Below, piece after piece: positions 28,466-37,584 of a stretch of DNA of 64,000 nt (position 1 is the stretch's first letter; each line of letters begins with the position of its first letter). The DNA is taken from contig OY761614.1 in the NCBI GenBank assembly GCA_963664825.1, positions 2,464,001 through 2,528,000 on the forward strand, given 5' to 3'. Below the pieces are notes generated by a model. The model did not search any database and had not been told where the DNA came from. It saw only the letters and a program-made list of their open reading frames with translations. Both the position numbers and the translations under genes were made by a program. Source of the DNA: an uncultured Holophaga sp. (GTDB taxonomy: Bacteria; Acidobacteriota; Holophagae; Holophagales; Holophagaceae).

Positions 28466-29530
28466 CTAGCGATGCAGCAGCAGTCCGTCGTCGTCATCTT
28501 CGACGCAGCGGAGAGGGGCATCGGATTCCAGGAGCACCGCGTCCTCGTAGATGTTGTGGAGCTTGGGCTCGTATTTGTGGGATTCCCCCAGGCGAGGGTC
28601 GTCGGAAAGCATTACGGCCAGGCGGCAGAGCCCCTTGATCTTGGCCGGTTCCACCCCCAGGATGCCGGCCAAGAGCTTGAGGGGGCTTGGGGCTTCACCG
28701 GGGGCGATGCGCGTGGAGAAGAGCAGCGTGTCCTTCTCCCATTCCATGGATGTGACGAAGCCGCGCACCTCGATGCGCTTGACGCCCTTGCGGCCATCCA
28801 CCTTGCCTGTCTTCTCGATCTCGAAGTGGGTGGACCGCCGGAAGGCCTCCAAGAGCTGCTTGGCCGTGCCGAGCAGATCTTCGGGGCAGTCCCAACGCCA
28901 GCGCGCTTCTTGAGCCAGTTCCAAGAGGGTGGAACTGTGATTGGGGACCAGGTGAGCGCTGAGAAATTTCAATCCCGCTGGGGCGTGCGCCGCCAGGCGG
29001 GCAGGCCAATCCTCCACTGGGATGGGACTCGGTTCGCGGAGGATGCAATCGGCCCATTCGCCCATCCCTTCGGCCCCCAGGGGCAGTGGGGGGCCCAGGG
29101 TGACCATGGGGCGTGGGGTCTTCTCCAACCCAAGCGCGATGGGCATGCCGCCCTGAAGGAGAGCCTGCACGAGGGTGTGCAGCAGGGCGGAGGGATTGAG
29201 TTCGCTGGCCGGGCTCCGCACCTCGAAGCAGAAACGGCAGGTGCGGCGGCCGGGATCCAGCTGCCATTGCTGGAGTCTCAGCCCGCGGGCCTTGCCTGCG
29301 GCGGATTCAAGGGCGAGGCGCAGGATCTCCCATTGGGGGGTCTTGCGCAGATTGGAGTGGGGATGGCACTTCCGGAACATGGCCAGGGCTGATTCGATGA
29401 GGCCCTCGGTCTCCAGAGGCTCCAGGATGCCTTGGAGGGCGGTGGCCTGGGGGGCCTCGCCGGCCAGCAAGTCCTGGAATGCCTTGAGGGTAGGGTTCCC
29501 CGGGTCGGGGGTGGGTTCGGCAGCGCGCAT
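28466..29530 (-). CDS. DUF2344 / radical SAM-linked protein family
   Basis: G.PIA......PRP.....PPLPLGAEG.GEWAD, K.G.K.IEVR.FV. Confidence 0.75.
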   Translation of the reverse strand: MRAAEPTPDPGNPTLKAFQDLLAGEAPQATALQGILEPLETEGLIESALAMFRKCHPHSNLRKTPQWEILRLALESAAGKARGLRLQQWQLDPGRRTCRFCFEVRSPASELNPSALLHTLVQALLQGGMPIALGLEKTPRPMVTLGPPLPLGAEGMGEWADCILREPSPIPVEDWPARLAAHAPAGLKFLSAHLVPNHSSTLLELAQEARWRWDCPEDLLGTAKQLLEAFRRSTHFEIEKTGKVDGRKGVKRIEVRGFVTSMEWEKDTLLFSTRIAPGEAPSPLKLLAGILGVEPAKIKGLCRLAVMLSDDPRLGESHKYEPKLHNIYEDAVLLESDAPLRCVEDDDDGLLLHR

Positions 29531-29699
29531 GGATCCAGCATACGATGGGGCCGGGGGGGTTTTCCGCAGCCTCTGAGGAGATCCGGGTGGGAAATGCGAA
29601 GGTCCCCTTGAGAATCAGGGCTTCATCCGAATGCTGAAAAATTTGTGCAACCCCTCCGGAGCCGGGAATGGTATTTAGAGCCCCGGAATGGGAAGCCGA

Positions 29700-30782
29700 T
29701 CAGCCCTTGCCATCCCGCTTGCTCTCGACGTGGCGCTTGGCTTCCCGGCGCAGGATCTCGGCCACGTTTCGGTCCTTGACCATCAGCTTCATGTCGAAGT
29801 CATTGATGCGCTTGAGGAGATTGACCGCGATGGCGATGGGCGTGCGGGGATTTTGAACGAGATTTCGCACGATGGGGTATTTTTTCATCCATTCTCTGTT
29901 CATGGAAATAATGCGCAGCACCTCCTCCTGCACCTGTCGCATCTGGGCGATGTAGGTCACTTCACCTTCGGTGATGCGCCCGTTCCGGATGACGGAGACC
30001 TGGATCAGGCGGTTGGATTCGCGGATGAGGAGGGTGCGCTCCTCCTTGCCCCCCTTCTGGGCCAGCATGATTTTCTGGTTGGTGCGGAGTTTCATGACGC
30101 GCTGGGTGAGGGACAGGGAGATCTCCTGGCCCTCCTCGTCCAGGATGGGCTTCAGCAGCCGCGCCGACCGGGCCACTTCGGATTCGGGTTCCTCTTCCTG
30201 GTTCTGGCCCGGGATGGGCAGGGCCGCCCAGGCGTGGTCCAGCTTCCCGGCCTCCACGTCGTCGATGATCTCCAGGCGCTCCTTGGCGATCTCGTCGGTG
30301 ATCTGCCGCAGCACATCCCGGCGGAATTCCTGGATTCTCCGTTTGACGTCGTAGACGGCCTCGGGGTGCTCTTCGATGAGATCGAGGATGACTGGCCGCT
30401 CGATCCAGAAGACCTGGTTATTGAGGGGGATCTCCAGCACCGAGCCCGGGAGGAAGGGGATGGCCCGTTCCATCCAGTCGGCTTGGAGATCCTCATGCAG
30501 GAGGGCCGTCTCCAGGAGAGCCGGGTCCTTCCGGTGCATGAGGATCAGGCCCAGGGGATCCGGCGGTTCCACCGGCCCGATGATCGCGTTGGAGAGAAGG
30601 CTCTCCGGCATTCCGTTCAGGGTTTCCTTGGCTCTTTCGGCAAAGGGCGTCTCATGGAAGATGGCGTGGCTCAGGGCCTGCAGCAGATCCAGGGGCGGGA
30701 TGGGGAGCCCTCCGCCGGTCAGGGCCAGTGCCATCGGCTCTGGAAGTTGACCGGCGATGAACTGCGCGACCAATGGATGCAT
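29700..30782 (-). CDS. Conserved helical-repeat hypothetical protein
   Basis: C-terminal QKIMLA.KGGKEER.LLIR..NR.....VIRN.RIT..EV, W.K.Y.....LV.NPRTP; GGAG RBS. Confidence 0.8.
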   Translation of the reverse strand: MHPLVAQFIAGQLPEPMALALTGGGLPIPPLDLLQALSHAIFHETPFAERAKETLNGMPESLLSNAIIGPVEPPDPLGLILMHRKDPALLETALLHEDLQADWMERAIPFLPGSVLEIPLNNQVFWIERPVILDLIEEHPEAVYDVKRRIQEFRRDVLRQITDEIAKERLEIIDDVEAGKLDHAWAALPIPGQNQEEEPESEVARSARLLKPILDEEGQEISLSLTQRVMKLRTNQKIMLAQKGGKEERTLLIRESNRLIQVSVIRNGRITEGEVTYIAQMRQVQEEVLRIISMNREWMKKYPIVRNLVQNPRTPIAIAVNLLKRINDFDMKLMVKDRNVAEILRREAKRHVESKRDGKG

Positions 30783-30783
30783 A

Positions 30784-31614
30784 TCACTCCTCGACGGGCG
30801 TTTCAGGATCGGTCTGGGGCACATGGAGGGGGCGTTCGGGAGGGACCTCCACGGGGAGGATCCAGCGGCCCTCCGCGTCGAAGTTGCCCGACCATGGCTC
30901 TCCCACGGCGCCTCCGTGATTGATGCGTCGACCGGCGACCTCGACGGTGACGACTCCGGCATTGTCCAGGGAGAGGGTGAAGGGGCCCTTGACCCGCAGG
31001 GTCCAGGGCTCGGAAACGCGCATGGGGTGGGGCAGATCCACGCCTTCGCCCTGGATTCGGCCATTGCAGGCATCCATGGCGCGCAGGCTGACCAGGATGC
31101 CCTCGGCGTTCACCGGGGCCTCCGGGAACACTTCTCCGAGCACGGGATAGGGCGTCGCAGGGGTCTTCGGCACCCACACAGCCGCGGGCGTGAATCCCCG
31201 GTGGGTCTCCCGGGGCAGCGCGCCTCCCTTGATATCCCGGCCCGGCACCACCAGCCAGAGGAGCAGCGCCACGCTGCCCAGGGTGAGGCCGCCCATGAGC
31301 ATCTGCTCGACGCGTTCTCGGGCCGGATCCGGGGCGTCCATGGTCGGACCGCCGGGCACCTGGGCCCAGGCCTCGGCATAGAGCGCGAGATCGATGCCCA
31401 GGTGGGAAGCGATCCTGCGGGCCAGGGGGCGCTCCCGCCCAGGGGGAACCTGGGGCCAGTCCTCGGTCTCGATGGCGGCCAGCAGGGCTACCGGCATCCG
31501 CAGTTCCCGGGCCAGCGTCTGCTGATTCAGGCCTTTGGCGACGCGCGCGGCCCGGAGCACCTCGCCGATGCCGAAGGCTTCCGTGTCCTGTTGGCTACTG
31601 TCTGTCCCCATCAT
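30784..31614 (-). CDS. RodZ-like HTH membrane protein
   Basis: GEVLRAAR.AKGL....LA.ELRM....LAAIE (HTH_25), TM helix, C-terminal beta domain. Confidence 0.75.
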   Translation of the reverse strand: MMGTDSSQQDTEAFGIGEVLRAARVAKGLNQQTLARELRMPVALLAAIETEDWPQVPPGRERPLARRIASHLGIDLALYAEAWAQVPGGPTMDAPDPARERVEQMLMGGLTLGSVALLLWLVVPGRDIKGGALPRETHRGFTPAAVWVPKTPATPYPVLGEVFPEAPVNAEGILVSLRAMDACNGRIQGEGVDLPHPMRVSEPWTLRVKGPFTLSLDNAGVVTVEVAGRRINHGGAVGEPWSGNFDAEGRWILPVEVPPERPLHVPQTDPETPVEE

Positions 31615-31658
31615 GGTTACCAGTCTAATGGAAGCATCCTCCGCAGGGAGGCATCCGG

Positions 31659-32612
31659 TCAGGGTTTCCAACCCACGGGGATCTCCCGCAGCATCCTGGC
31701 GAGCTGTTCCCGGCGCTCGTCCCGGTTGAGGCGGCGCTCATCCATGGTGCCTCGGTGGGCCATGGCATCGCCCATGGTCTGCTGGAGATGGTCCGGGGTG
31801 AGGAAACTCTGACCGGCCAGCCAGGCCTCGGCCTTGGCCAGTGCCAGCCAGTGGTGGACGGCGCGGGTCGAGCAGAAGCCCCCATCCTTGCGGATCCGAC
31901 CGATGACCCGTTCCACATAGTCCAGGACGGCGCCGGAGACCTGGATGGCCTTGACCGAGGCCTGGGCGGCCTGCCAGGCCGGGAGTTCCATGGCCGGACC
32001 GAGCCCTCCGAGGCATTCCGCTCCCGCCTGGCCCGTGAGGACCAGGCGCTCGGCGCTCGCCTCCGGATATCCGAGATGCACCACGCAGGCGAAGCGGTCC
32101 AGCTGGCTCTCGGGCAGGGGGAAGGTGCCGGCATGATCCATGGGATTTTGGGTGGCGATGACGAAGAAGGGCTCGGGCAGGCGATAGGTGCTGCGGTCCA
32201 GGGTCAGCTGCCCCTCGACCATGACCTCCAGCAGGGAACTCTGGGTCTTGGGTCCGATGCGATTGAGCTCGTCCAGCAGCAGCACGTTGGTGAAGACCGG
32301 TCCCGGGTGGAAGCGGAAGGCCTGGGAGGGCCCATCCCAGATATGGACTCCCAGCAGATCGGAGGGCAGGAGATCATTGGTGCCCTGGATGCGCTGGTAG
32401 CTCCCGCCCATGAGGCGGCTGAGACCCTTGGCCAGGGTGGTCTTGCCCACGCCGGGCAGATCCTCCAGGAGCAGGTGGCCCCCGGAGAGCAGGACGGCCA
32501 CGGCCCTCCGGACCTGGGAATCCTTGCCCACGATGACCCGAGAGAGGGCCTCGATGCCTGCGAGGGCACCCCCTCGCAGGGTTTCCAGAGATGGGGGTGG
32601 GGCCTGGGGCAT
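31659..32612 (-). CDS. MoxR family AAA+ ATPase
   Basis: GHLLLEDLPGVGKT, RIQ.T.DLLPSD, LLDELNR..PKTQS.LLE.M.E, ATQNP, LPESQLDRF. Confidence 0.94.
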   Translation of the reverse strand: MPQAPPPSLETLRGGALAGIEALSRVIVGKDSQVRRAVAVLLSGGHLLLEDLPGVGKTTLAKGLSRLMGGSYQRIQGTNDLLPSDLLGVHIWDGPSQAFRFHPGPVFTNVLLLDELNRIGPKTQSSLLEVMVEGQLTLDRSTYRLPEPFFVIATQNPMDHAGTFPLPESQLDRFACVVHLGYPEASAERLVLTGQAGAECLGGLGPAMELPAWQAAQASVKAIQVSGAVLDYVERVIGRIRKDGGFCSTRAVHHWLALAKAEAWLAGQSFLTPDHLQQTMGDAMAHRGTMDERRLNRDERREQLARMLREIPVGWKP

Positions 32613-32624
32613 GGTGCCTGATTC

Positions 32625-33857
32625 CTAGTGGTCTTCGATGGGGATCTGGTGCTCCCGCAGGCGCTGGGCGAGGGTGCGGGGCGTGATGCCCAGTTCCGTT
32701 GCGGCGGGCGTGATCTGGTTTCCATGGGCCTGGAGGGCCCGCAGCAGGAGCTGGGCTTCCGTGGCCTTGGAGGCTGCGGCCTGCATCGATTCAAGGGTGC
32801 CGGGCGGGGGCCAGGGGATGCAGAGCGAGGCTTCGAGCCCACCGGCGGGCAGGCGGGGCAGGATTCCGAGGAGGTTGCCCTCCTGGGTGCGCAGGGCCTG
32901 GGAGACGCACCAGGCCAGTTCTCGCACGTTCCCCTGCCATTCCCGGGTGAGGAGCTCCCGCTCCGCGCCCCGCTCGATCTGGGGGGCGGGGCGGCCTTCA
33001 CTCCGCGCCTGGGCCTCCAGGAACATGCGGAACAGGGGCAGGATATCCTCCCTCCGTTCCCGCAGGGGGGGCAGGGGGAAGCAGAGGACGCCCAGGCGGT
33101 CCCTCAGGGTGGGGGCCAGGGAGGCCAGATCCCGGGCCCCAGCCATCCAGTGGAGCCTCCGGCCGGCCTCGCTCTCCAGGGCCCGCAGGAGGCCTGGGAT
33201 GGCGGAGGCCGCGAGGGTTTCCAGGTCGGCCAGGAAGAGACTGCCGCCCTTGAGCAGGGCCAGCCGCGCCGGGTCGGGTCCCTCCGGGCCCAGGTTCTCG
33301 GAGGCGAGGGCGAAAAAGGGGGCGGCCCCGTGGCGGAGGCTGTGGAGTCGGCGGGCCGCGCGCTGCTTGCCGACGCCCCGCTCCCCCAGGAACAGGGCAT
33401 TCGCCCCGCTCTCGGCGGCCCTGGAAAGGCCTTCATCCATCGCCCGCATGGCCGGGCTCAGGGTGATCCAGGGCTCTCTGGGGTCCGGCGGCGGGGCGCC
33501 CACCAGGGCCCGCAGGCGCTCCAGCACATCGTTGAAGAGATCCAGATCGAAGGGCTTGCCCAGGAAATCATCGGCGCCGAGGCGGATGGCCTCGACGATA
33601 TCCTTGGGCTCCCCGAAGGCGCTCATGAGGACCACCCGCAGTCCCGGCTGAATGCGCTTGGCGCGTTTCAGAAGCTCCAGGCCGCTGAATTCCGGCAGGC
33701 GCAGATCGGTCACCATGGCCTCGAAGGGCTCGCGCCGCAGGGTTTCGAAGGCCTCCAATGGATTGCCCACCGCCACCACGTCCCAGGCCGAGCCCTCCAG
33801 GGCCTGGACGAGGAGACGCCGGAAGCTATCCTTGTCTTCCACGATGAGGAGGCGCAT
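32625..33857 (-). CDS. NtrC-like response regulator with degenerate sigma54-interaction domain
   Basis: Receiver (TDLRLP, KPF), Walker A GERGVGK, PPLRER.EDI, W.GNVREL, Fis-type HTH; GAFTGA absent. Confidence 0.88.
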   Translation of the reverse strand: MRLLIVEDKDSFRRLLVQALEGSAWDVVAVGNPLEAFETLRREPFEAMVTDLRLPEFSGLELLKRAKRIQPGLRVVLMSAFGEPKDIVEAIRLGADDFLGKPFDLDLFNDVLERLRALVGAPPPDPREPWITLSPAMRAMDEGLSRAAESGANALFLGERGVGKQRAARRLHSLRHGAAPFFALASENLGPEGPDPARLALLKGGSLFLADLETLAASAIPGLLRALESEAGRRLHWMAGARDLASLAPTLRDRLGVLCFPLPPLRERREDILPLFRMFLEAQARSEGRPAPQIERGAERELLTREWQGNVRELAWCVSQALRTQEGNLLGILPRLPAGGLEASLCIPWPPPGTLESMQAAASKATEAQLLLRALQAHGNQITPAATELGITPRTLAQRLREHQIPIEDH

Positions 33858-33891
33858 GCCCCCAGGCTATCAGTCTTCGCCGCGGGTATCC

Positions 33892-35247
33892 CTATCCGCA
33901 TTCCGCGATGAAATGACGGGACTGGATTGCGGCCTGAGCCTCGAAGAGTTCCGTCCCTTCGATCAGGGGCAGATCCTGCTCCCGCGCCCATCGCGCGAAG
34001 GCCGTGTCCGTCGTGTAGACCCATTCCGCGGCCCAGCGTAGCGAGGGCAGAGCCGCCTCCAGCAGCTCGGGGAAGGGGCAAGGGTCCGTTTCTTCCATGC
34101 CCAGGCTCGTGGCCTGGACAAGTCCCACGGGTTTGGCGATGGCCACCCTGGCGGGTCCCAGGGGGCTGCGGCGGGAGGCCTGGAGGCATTCGAAGCCGAG
34201 GCGCTCCAGGACCTCCCGGGAGCTTGCCGCCACGCCTCCATCCCCCAGGAGGAGCACGGGGCCCTTCGGCATTTTGGACACCCGCTGTGCAAAGGCCTCG
34301 GCATCCGTGTTGGCGCCCTGCCAGGGCTCGCCTGGGGCCCTGCGCCAGAGGGTATTGAGGGGGCCCTGCATGCCCATCCGCCCGGGCAGCGTCTCCTTGA
34401 GGGGGGCCGTCAGGCTGGCCCCGAGGATGCCCAACTCCTCCAGGGCCTCCATGGCCTCCCCGGGATCTCCCGTCTGTAGGGGCAGGTAGAGCAGATCCTT
34501 GAAGTTCCTCTGGAACCTCGCATTGTGGAAGGCCGGGCCCCGGGAGTGGAGCACCGGGTCCCCCAAGACGCCGCAGAGGGATAAACCCCCATGGAGGCGG
34601 TGGAGGCGCCAGCTCCGCATCCTCGAAAAGGGCAGCTGGCCCGAAGCCGCGGGGGGGCCGTCATCGGGCGCGCAGAAGGTGAAGGCCCCGCCCCAGGCGG
34701 CCTGGAGGCAGCGGCTGGGCAGGCCCTTGGGGCCCATGAGGAAGGCCGAGAGAGCTAGGCCATGGTTCTTGGCGTGGGCCAGGGCGGGCTTCAGGCGGGC
34801 ATTATCCGAGAGGCGCGAGGCGAGGCCCACCCACTTGAAGGCGTCCCCCGGGGGCAGCGCCTCCAGGCGGGCCTCCAGATCAAAGACCCCCTCGGGCACA
34901 TGCACGCTCCGCAGCAGGCGCGTGTGGGCCCGGTGGAGGCGGAGTTCTTCGGGAAGATCCACGTCCCATTCCAGATCCAGCCAGGCTGGGCGCGCTTCCA
35001 GGGCCGAGTAGAGCCTTGCCAGGCGCTCGGTCTCCGTGCCCTGCCACTGCCCCCCTTCGCGGCTCCGCCGACAGCTCACGAGGCAGCGCCGGGCCAAGGC
35101 GGTCACCAGATCCGCGGTCTGGAATTCCGGGAAGAGATCGAGCCGCAGTTCGGGCAAGGCCTCTGGAGGAAGGCTCTTGGCGCAGGCCCAGGCCTCCTCC
35201 CAGGAGGGGTGGGTGAGGGAAACGATATAGAAGGGGGGTGCGTTCAA
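33892..35247 (-). CDS. aroE: Type I 3-dehydroquinate dehydratase / shikimate dehydrogenase fusion (AroD-AroE)
   Basis: ELRLD, R...EGG, DLE, S.H, MG..G..SR, A.GQ (AroD); G.PV.HS..P.FHN, TAPLK, NT, NTD, G.GG (AroE). Confidence 0.85.
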   Translation of the reverse strand: MNAPPFYIVSLTHPSWEEAWACAKSLPPEALPELRLDLFPEFQTADLVTALARRCLVSCRRSREGGQWQGTETERLARLYSALEARPAWLDLEWDVDLPEELRLHRAHTRLLRSVHVPEGVFDLEARLEALPPGDAFKWVGLASRLSDNARLKPALAHAKNHGLALSAFLMGPKGLPSRCLQAAWGGAFTFCAPDDGPPAASGQLPFSRMRSWRLHRLHGGLSLCGVLGDPVLHSRGPAFHNARFQRNFKDLLYLPLQTGDPGEAMEALEELGILGASLTAPLKETLPGRMGMQGPLNTLWRRAPGEPWQGANTDAEAFAQRVSKMPKGPVLLLGDGGVAASSREVLERLGFECLQASRRSPLGPARVAIAKPVGLVQATSLGMEETDPCPFPELLEAALPSLRWAAEWVYTTDTAFARWAREQDLPLIEGTELFEAQAAIQSRHFIAECG

Positions 35248-35452
35248 GGTGGGCTCGACGGGAGACAGGTGAAGTCCCTCCTAGGTTCGCAGAAGCGCCT
35301 CCGGAGGGGCAGGCGGAAGCGCGATGAAATCGGGAAGCCGGAGCCTGGAAAATTTGCTATGGCCAGAAAGGGTGTTGGATTAACCTTCTGCCTAACTCAA
35401 GACCGCTAGTGAATTTCACAGTCCTGTTCCACCGACTCCGGCGGAGGTCGTC

Positions 35453-36778
35453 ATGCTCATGTTCTGGATCCAGTTCGCCCTGGTGCTCAGTGCCATCCTG
35501 CTGGGCATCCGCCGGGGAGGCGTCGCCCTCGGGCTCATTGGCGGCATGGGGGTGGCCCTGCTCGTGCTCGGATTCCGGGTGGCGCCCTCGGAGCCTCCCA
35601 TCGCGGTGATGCTCATCATCCTGGCGGTGGTGACGGCTTCGGCCACGCTACAGGTGGCCGGGGGCCTCGATTATCTCGTGCAGCTCACCGAGCGGATGCT
35701 GCGAGCCAATCCCAAGTACGTCACGATCCTGGCGCCCCTTTCGACCTTCTTCCTCACCGTCTGCGTGGGCACGGGACATGCGGTCTACGCCCTTCTCCCG
35801 GTCATCGCCGATGTGGCCCTGAAGACCAAGATCCGTCCGGAGCGGCCCATGGCCATCTCCAGCGTGGCCTCCCAGATGGGCATCACCGCAAGCCCCGTGG
35901 CCGCGGCGGTGACGACCTTCCTGGCCATTGCCGCCAAGAGCGGGCATCCCGTGGGCCTCTTCGACATCATCAAGGTGACCCTGCCCGCCGGCGTCATCGG
36001 CGTGCTGGCGGCGGCGGCCTGGAGCTTCAATCGCGGCAAGGATCTGGACAAGGATCCCGAGTACCAGAAGCGCCTGGAGGATCCTGCATTCCGGAAGGAC
36101 CTGGAACTTTCGGTGACCACCCTGGATAAGCGGATCAGCACGAGCGCCAAGCTCTCCGTGGTCCTCTTCTTCGGCGGCGTGCTCACCATCATCCTGTTCG
36201 CCCTGTTCCCCGGCCTGCTGCCCCTGGTGGGCGGTAAGCCCGTGCCCATGACGACAGCTGTCCAATTCGTGATGCTCTCCTTCGGGGCCTTCATTCTCTT
36301 TGCCACCAACGTCAAGGCCACCGACATCGCCCATTCCAGCGTCTTCATCGCCGGGATGATCGCGGTGGTCTCTATATTTGGCATCGCGTGGATGAGCGAT
36401 ACCTTCGTGAGCGCCAACAAAAACTTCCTGGTGAGCAAGATCAGCGTGATGGTCAAATTCGCGCCCTGGACCTTCGCCCTGGCCATGTTCGCGGTCTCGG
36501 CCTTCGTGAAGAGCCAAGCCGCCACCCTCACCATCATGCTGCCCTTCGGCCTGGCCCTGGGGCTTCCCATTCCCCTGCTGCTGGGGCTCATGCCGGCCAG
36601 CTACGCCTACTTCTTCTTCGCCTTCTACCCCAGCGATCTGGCGGCCATCAACATGGATCGCTCGGGCACCACCCGGATCGGGAAGTACCTGCTCAACCAC
36701 AGTTTCATGATCCCCGGCTTCATCGGCGTCTCCGTTTCCACGGTGGTGGCCTACTTGATCTCCAGGGCCCTCTTCTGA
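35453..36778 (+). CDS. Anaerobic C4-dicarboxylate transporter (DcuA/DcuB family)
   Basis: GGVALGLIGG, GTGH..Y.LLPVI, RPERP, ITASPVAAA, D.SGTTRIGK...NHSF..PG. Confidence 0.94.
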   Translation: MLMFWIQFALVLSAILLGIRRGGVALGLIGGMGVALLVLGFRVAPSEPPIAVMLIILAVVTASATLQVAGGLDYLVQLTERMLRANPKYVTILAPLSTFFLTVCVGTGHAVYALLPVIADVALKTKIRPERPMAISSVASQMGITASPVAAAVTTFLAIAAKSGHPVGLFDIIKVTLPAGVIGVLAAAAWSFNRGKDLDKDPEYQKRLEDPAFRKDLELSVTTLDKRISTSAKLSVVLFFGGVLTIILFALFPGLLPLVGGKPVPMTTAVQFVMLSFGAFILFATNVKATDIAHSSVFIAGMIAVVSIFGIAWMSDTFVSANKNFLVSKISVMVKFAPWTFALAMFAVSAFVKSQAATLTIMLPFGLALGLPIPLLLGLMPASYAYFFFAFYPSDLAAINMDRSGTTRIGKYLLNHSFMIPGFIGVSVSTVVAYLISRALF

Positions 36779-37575
36779 TTGGATGCTGCCTGGCGCCTCT
36801 TGGCCTCCTGCCAGGCCCCCTCCAGGCGCTCCAGGTTCTGCTCCTCCCATCCGCCATTCCGCAGGGCGAAGTCCTCCACCTCTTGGAAGCGGCCCTTGAA
36901 GCGCCGCATCTGGCGCCGCAGGGCGCGATCGGGATCCACGCCCATCTTCCGGGCCCACTGGACCAGAGAGAAGAGCACATCGCCGAATTCCTCTTCCACC
37001 CGCTCGGCGCCGCTTTCGGCCTGGAGTTCGCCGATCTCCTCCTTCACCTTGTCCAGGACCCCTTCCATATCGGGCCATTCGAAGCCGACCTTGGCGCAGC
37101 GCTTCCCCATCTCCATGGCCTCTTCCAGGGGCGATAGGGACTTGGCGATGCCCTCCATGAGGCGTGGCGACGTGTCCTGGCCCCGTTCGGCCTTTTCCTC
37201 CCGCTTGATGGCCTTCCAGTTGACGAGGACCTCCTCGGCATCTTCCACATCGCATTCCCCGAAGACGTGGGGATGGCGCCGGATGAGCTTCTCCACGATC
37301 ATCCGCTCCACGTCGTGGATATCCCAGGCCCCGCGCTCCTGGGCGAGCTGGGCGTGGAAGACCACCTGGAGCCAGAGATCCCCCAGTTCCTCGCAGAGGT
37401 GGCGCTCGGTCTCCGGGTCCCCGGGCTCGTGGGCGGCCAGGGCATCCAGGACCTCGGCGGCCTCCTCCCGCAGATACTTGGCCAGGGTCTGGTGATCCTG
37501 CTTCAGATCCCAGGGACATCCCGTCTTCGGATCTCGGAGCATGAACATGAGGGCGGGGAGCGTGGTGGGAGTCAT
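36751..37575 (-). CDS. mazG: Nucleoside triphosphate pyrophosphohydrolase
   Basis: LR....GCPWD..Q, EE..EV, EELGDL.LQVVFH, KLIRRHPHVF, GFEW, EEFGD.LF. Confidence 0.95.
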   Translation of the reverse strand: MTPTTLPALMFMLRDPKTGCPWDLKQDHQTLAKYLREEAAEVLDALAAHEPGDPETERHLCEELGDLWLQVVFHAQLAQERGAWDIHDVERMIVEKLIRRHPHVFGECDVEDAEEVLVNWKAIKREEKAERGQDTSPRLMEGIAKSLSPLEEAMEMGKRCAKVGFEWPDMEGVLDKVKEEIGELQAESGAERVEEEFGDVLFSLVQWARKMGVDPDRALRRQMRRFKGRFQEVEDFALRNGGWEEQNLERLEGAWQEAKRRQAASNQKRALEIK

Positions 37576-37584
37576 GCTCCCAGT

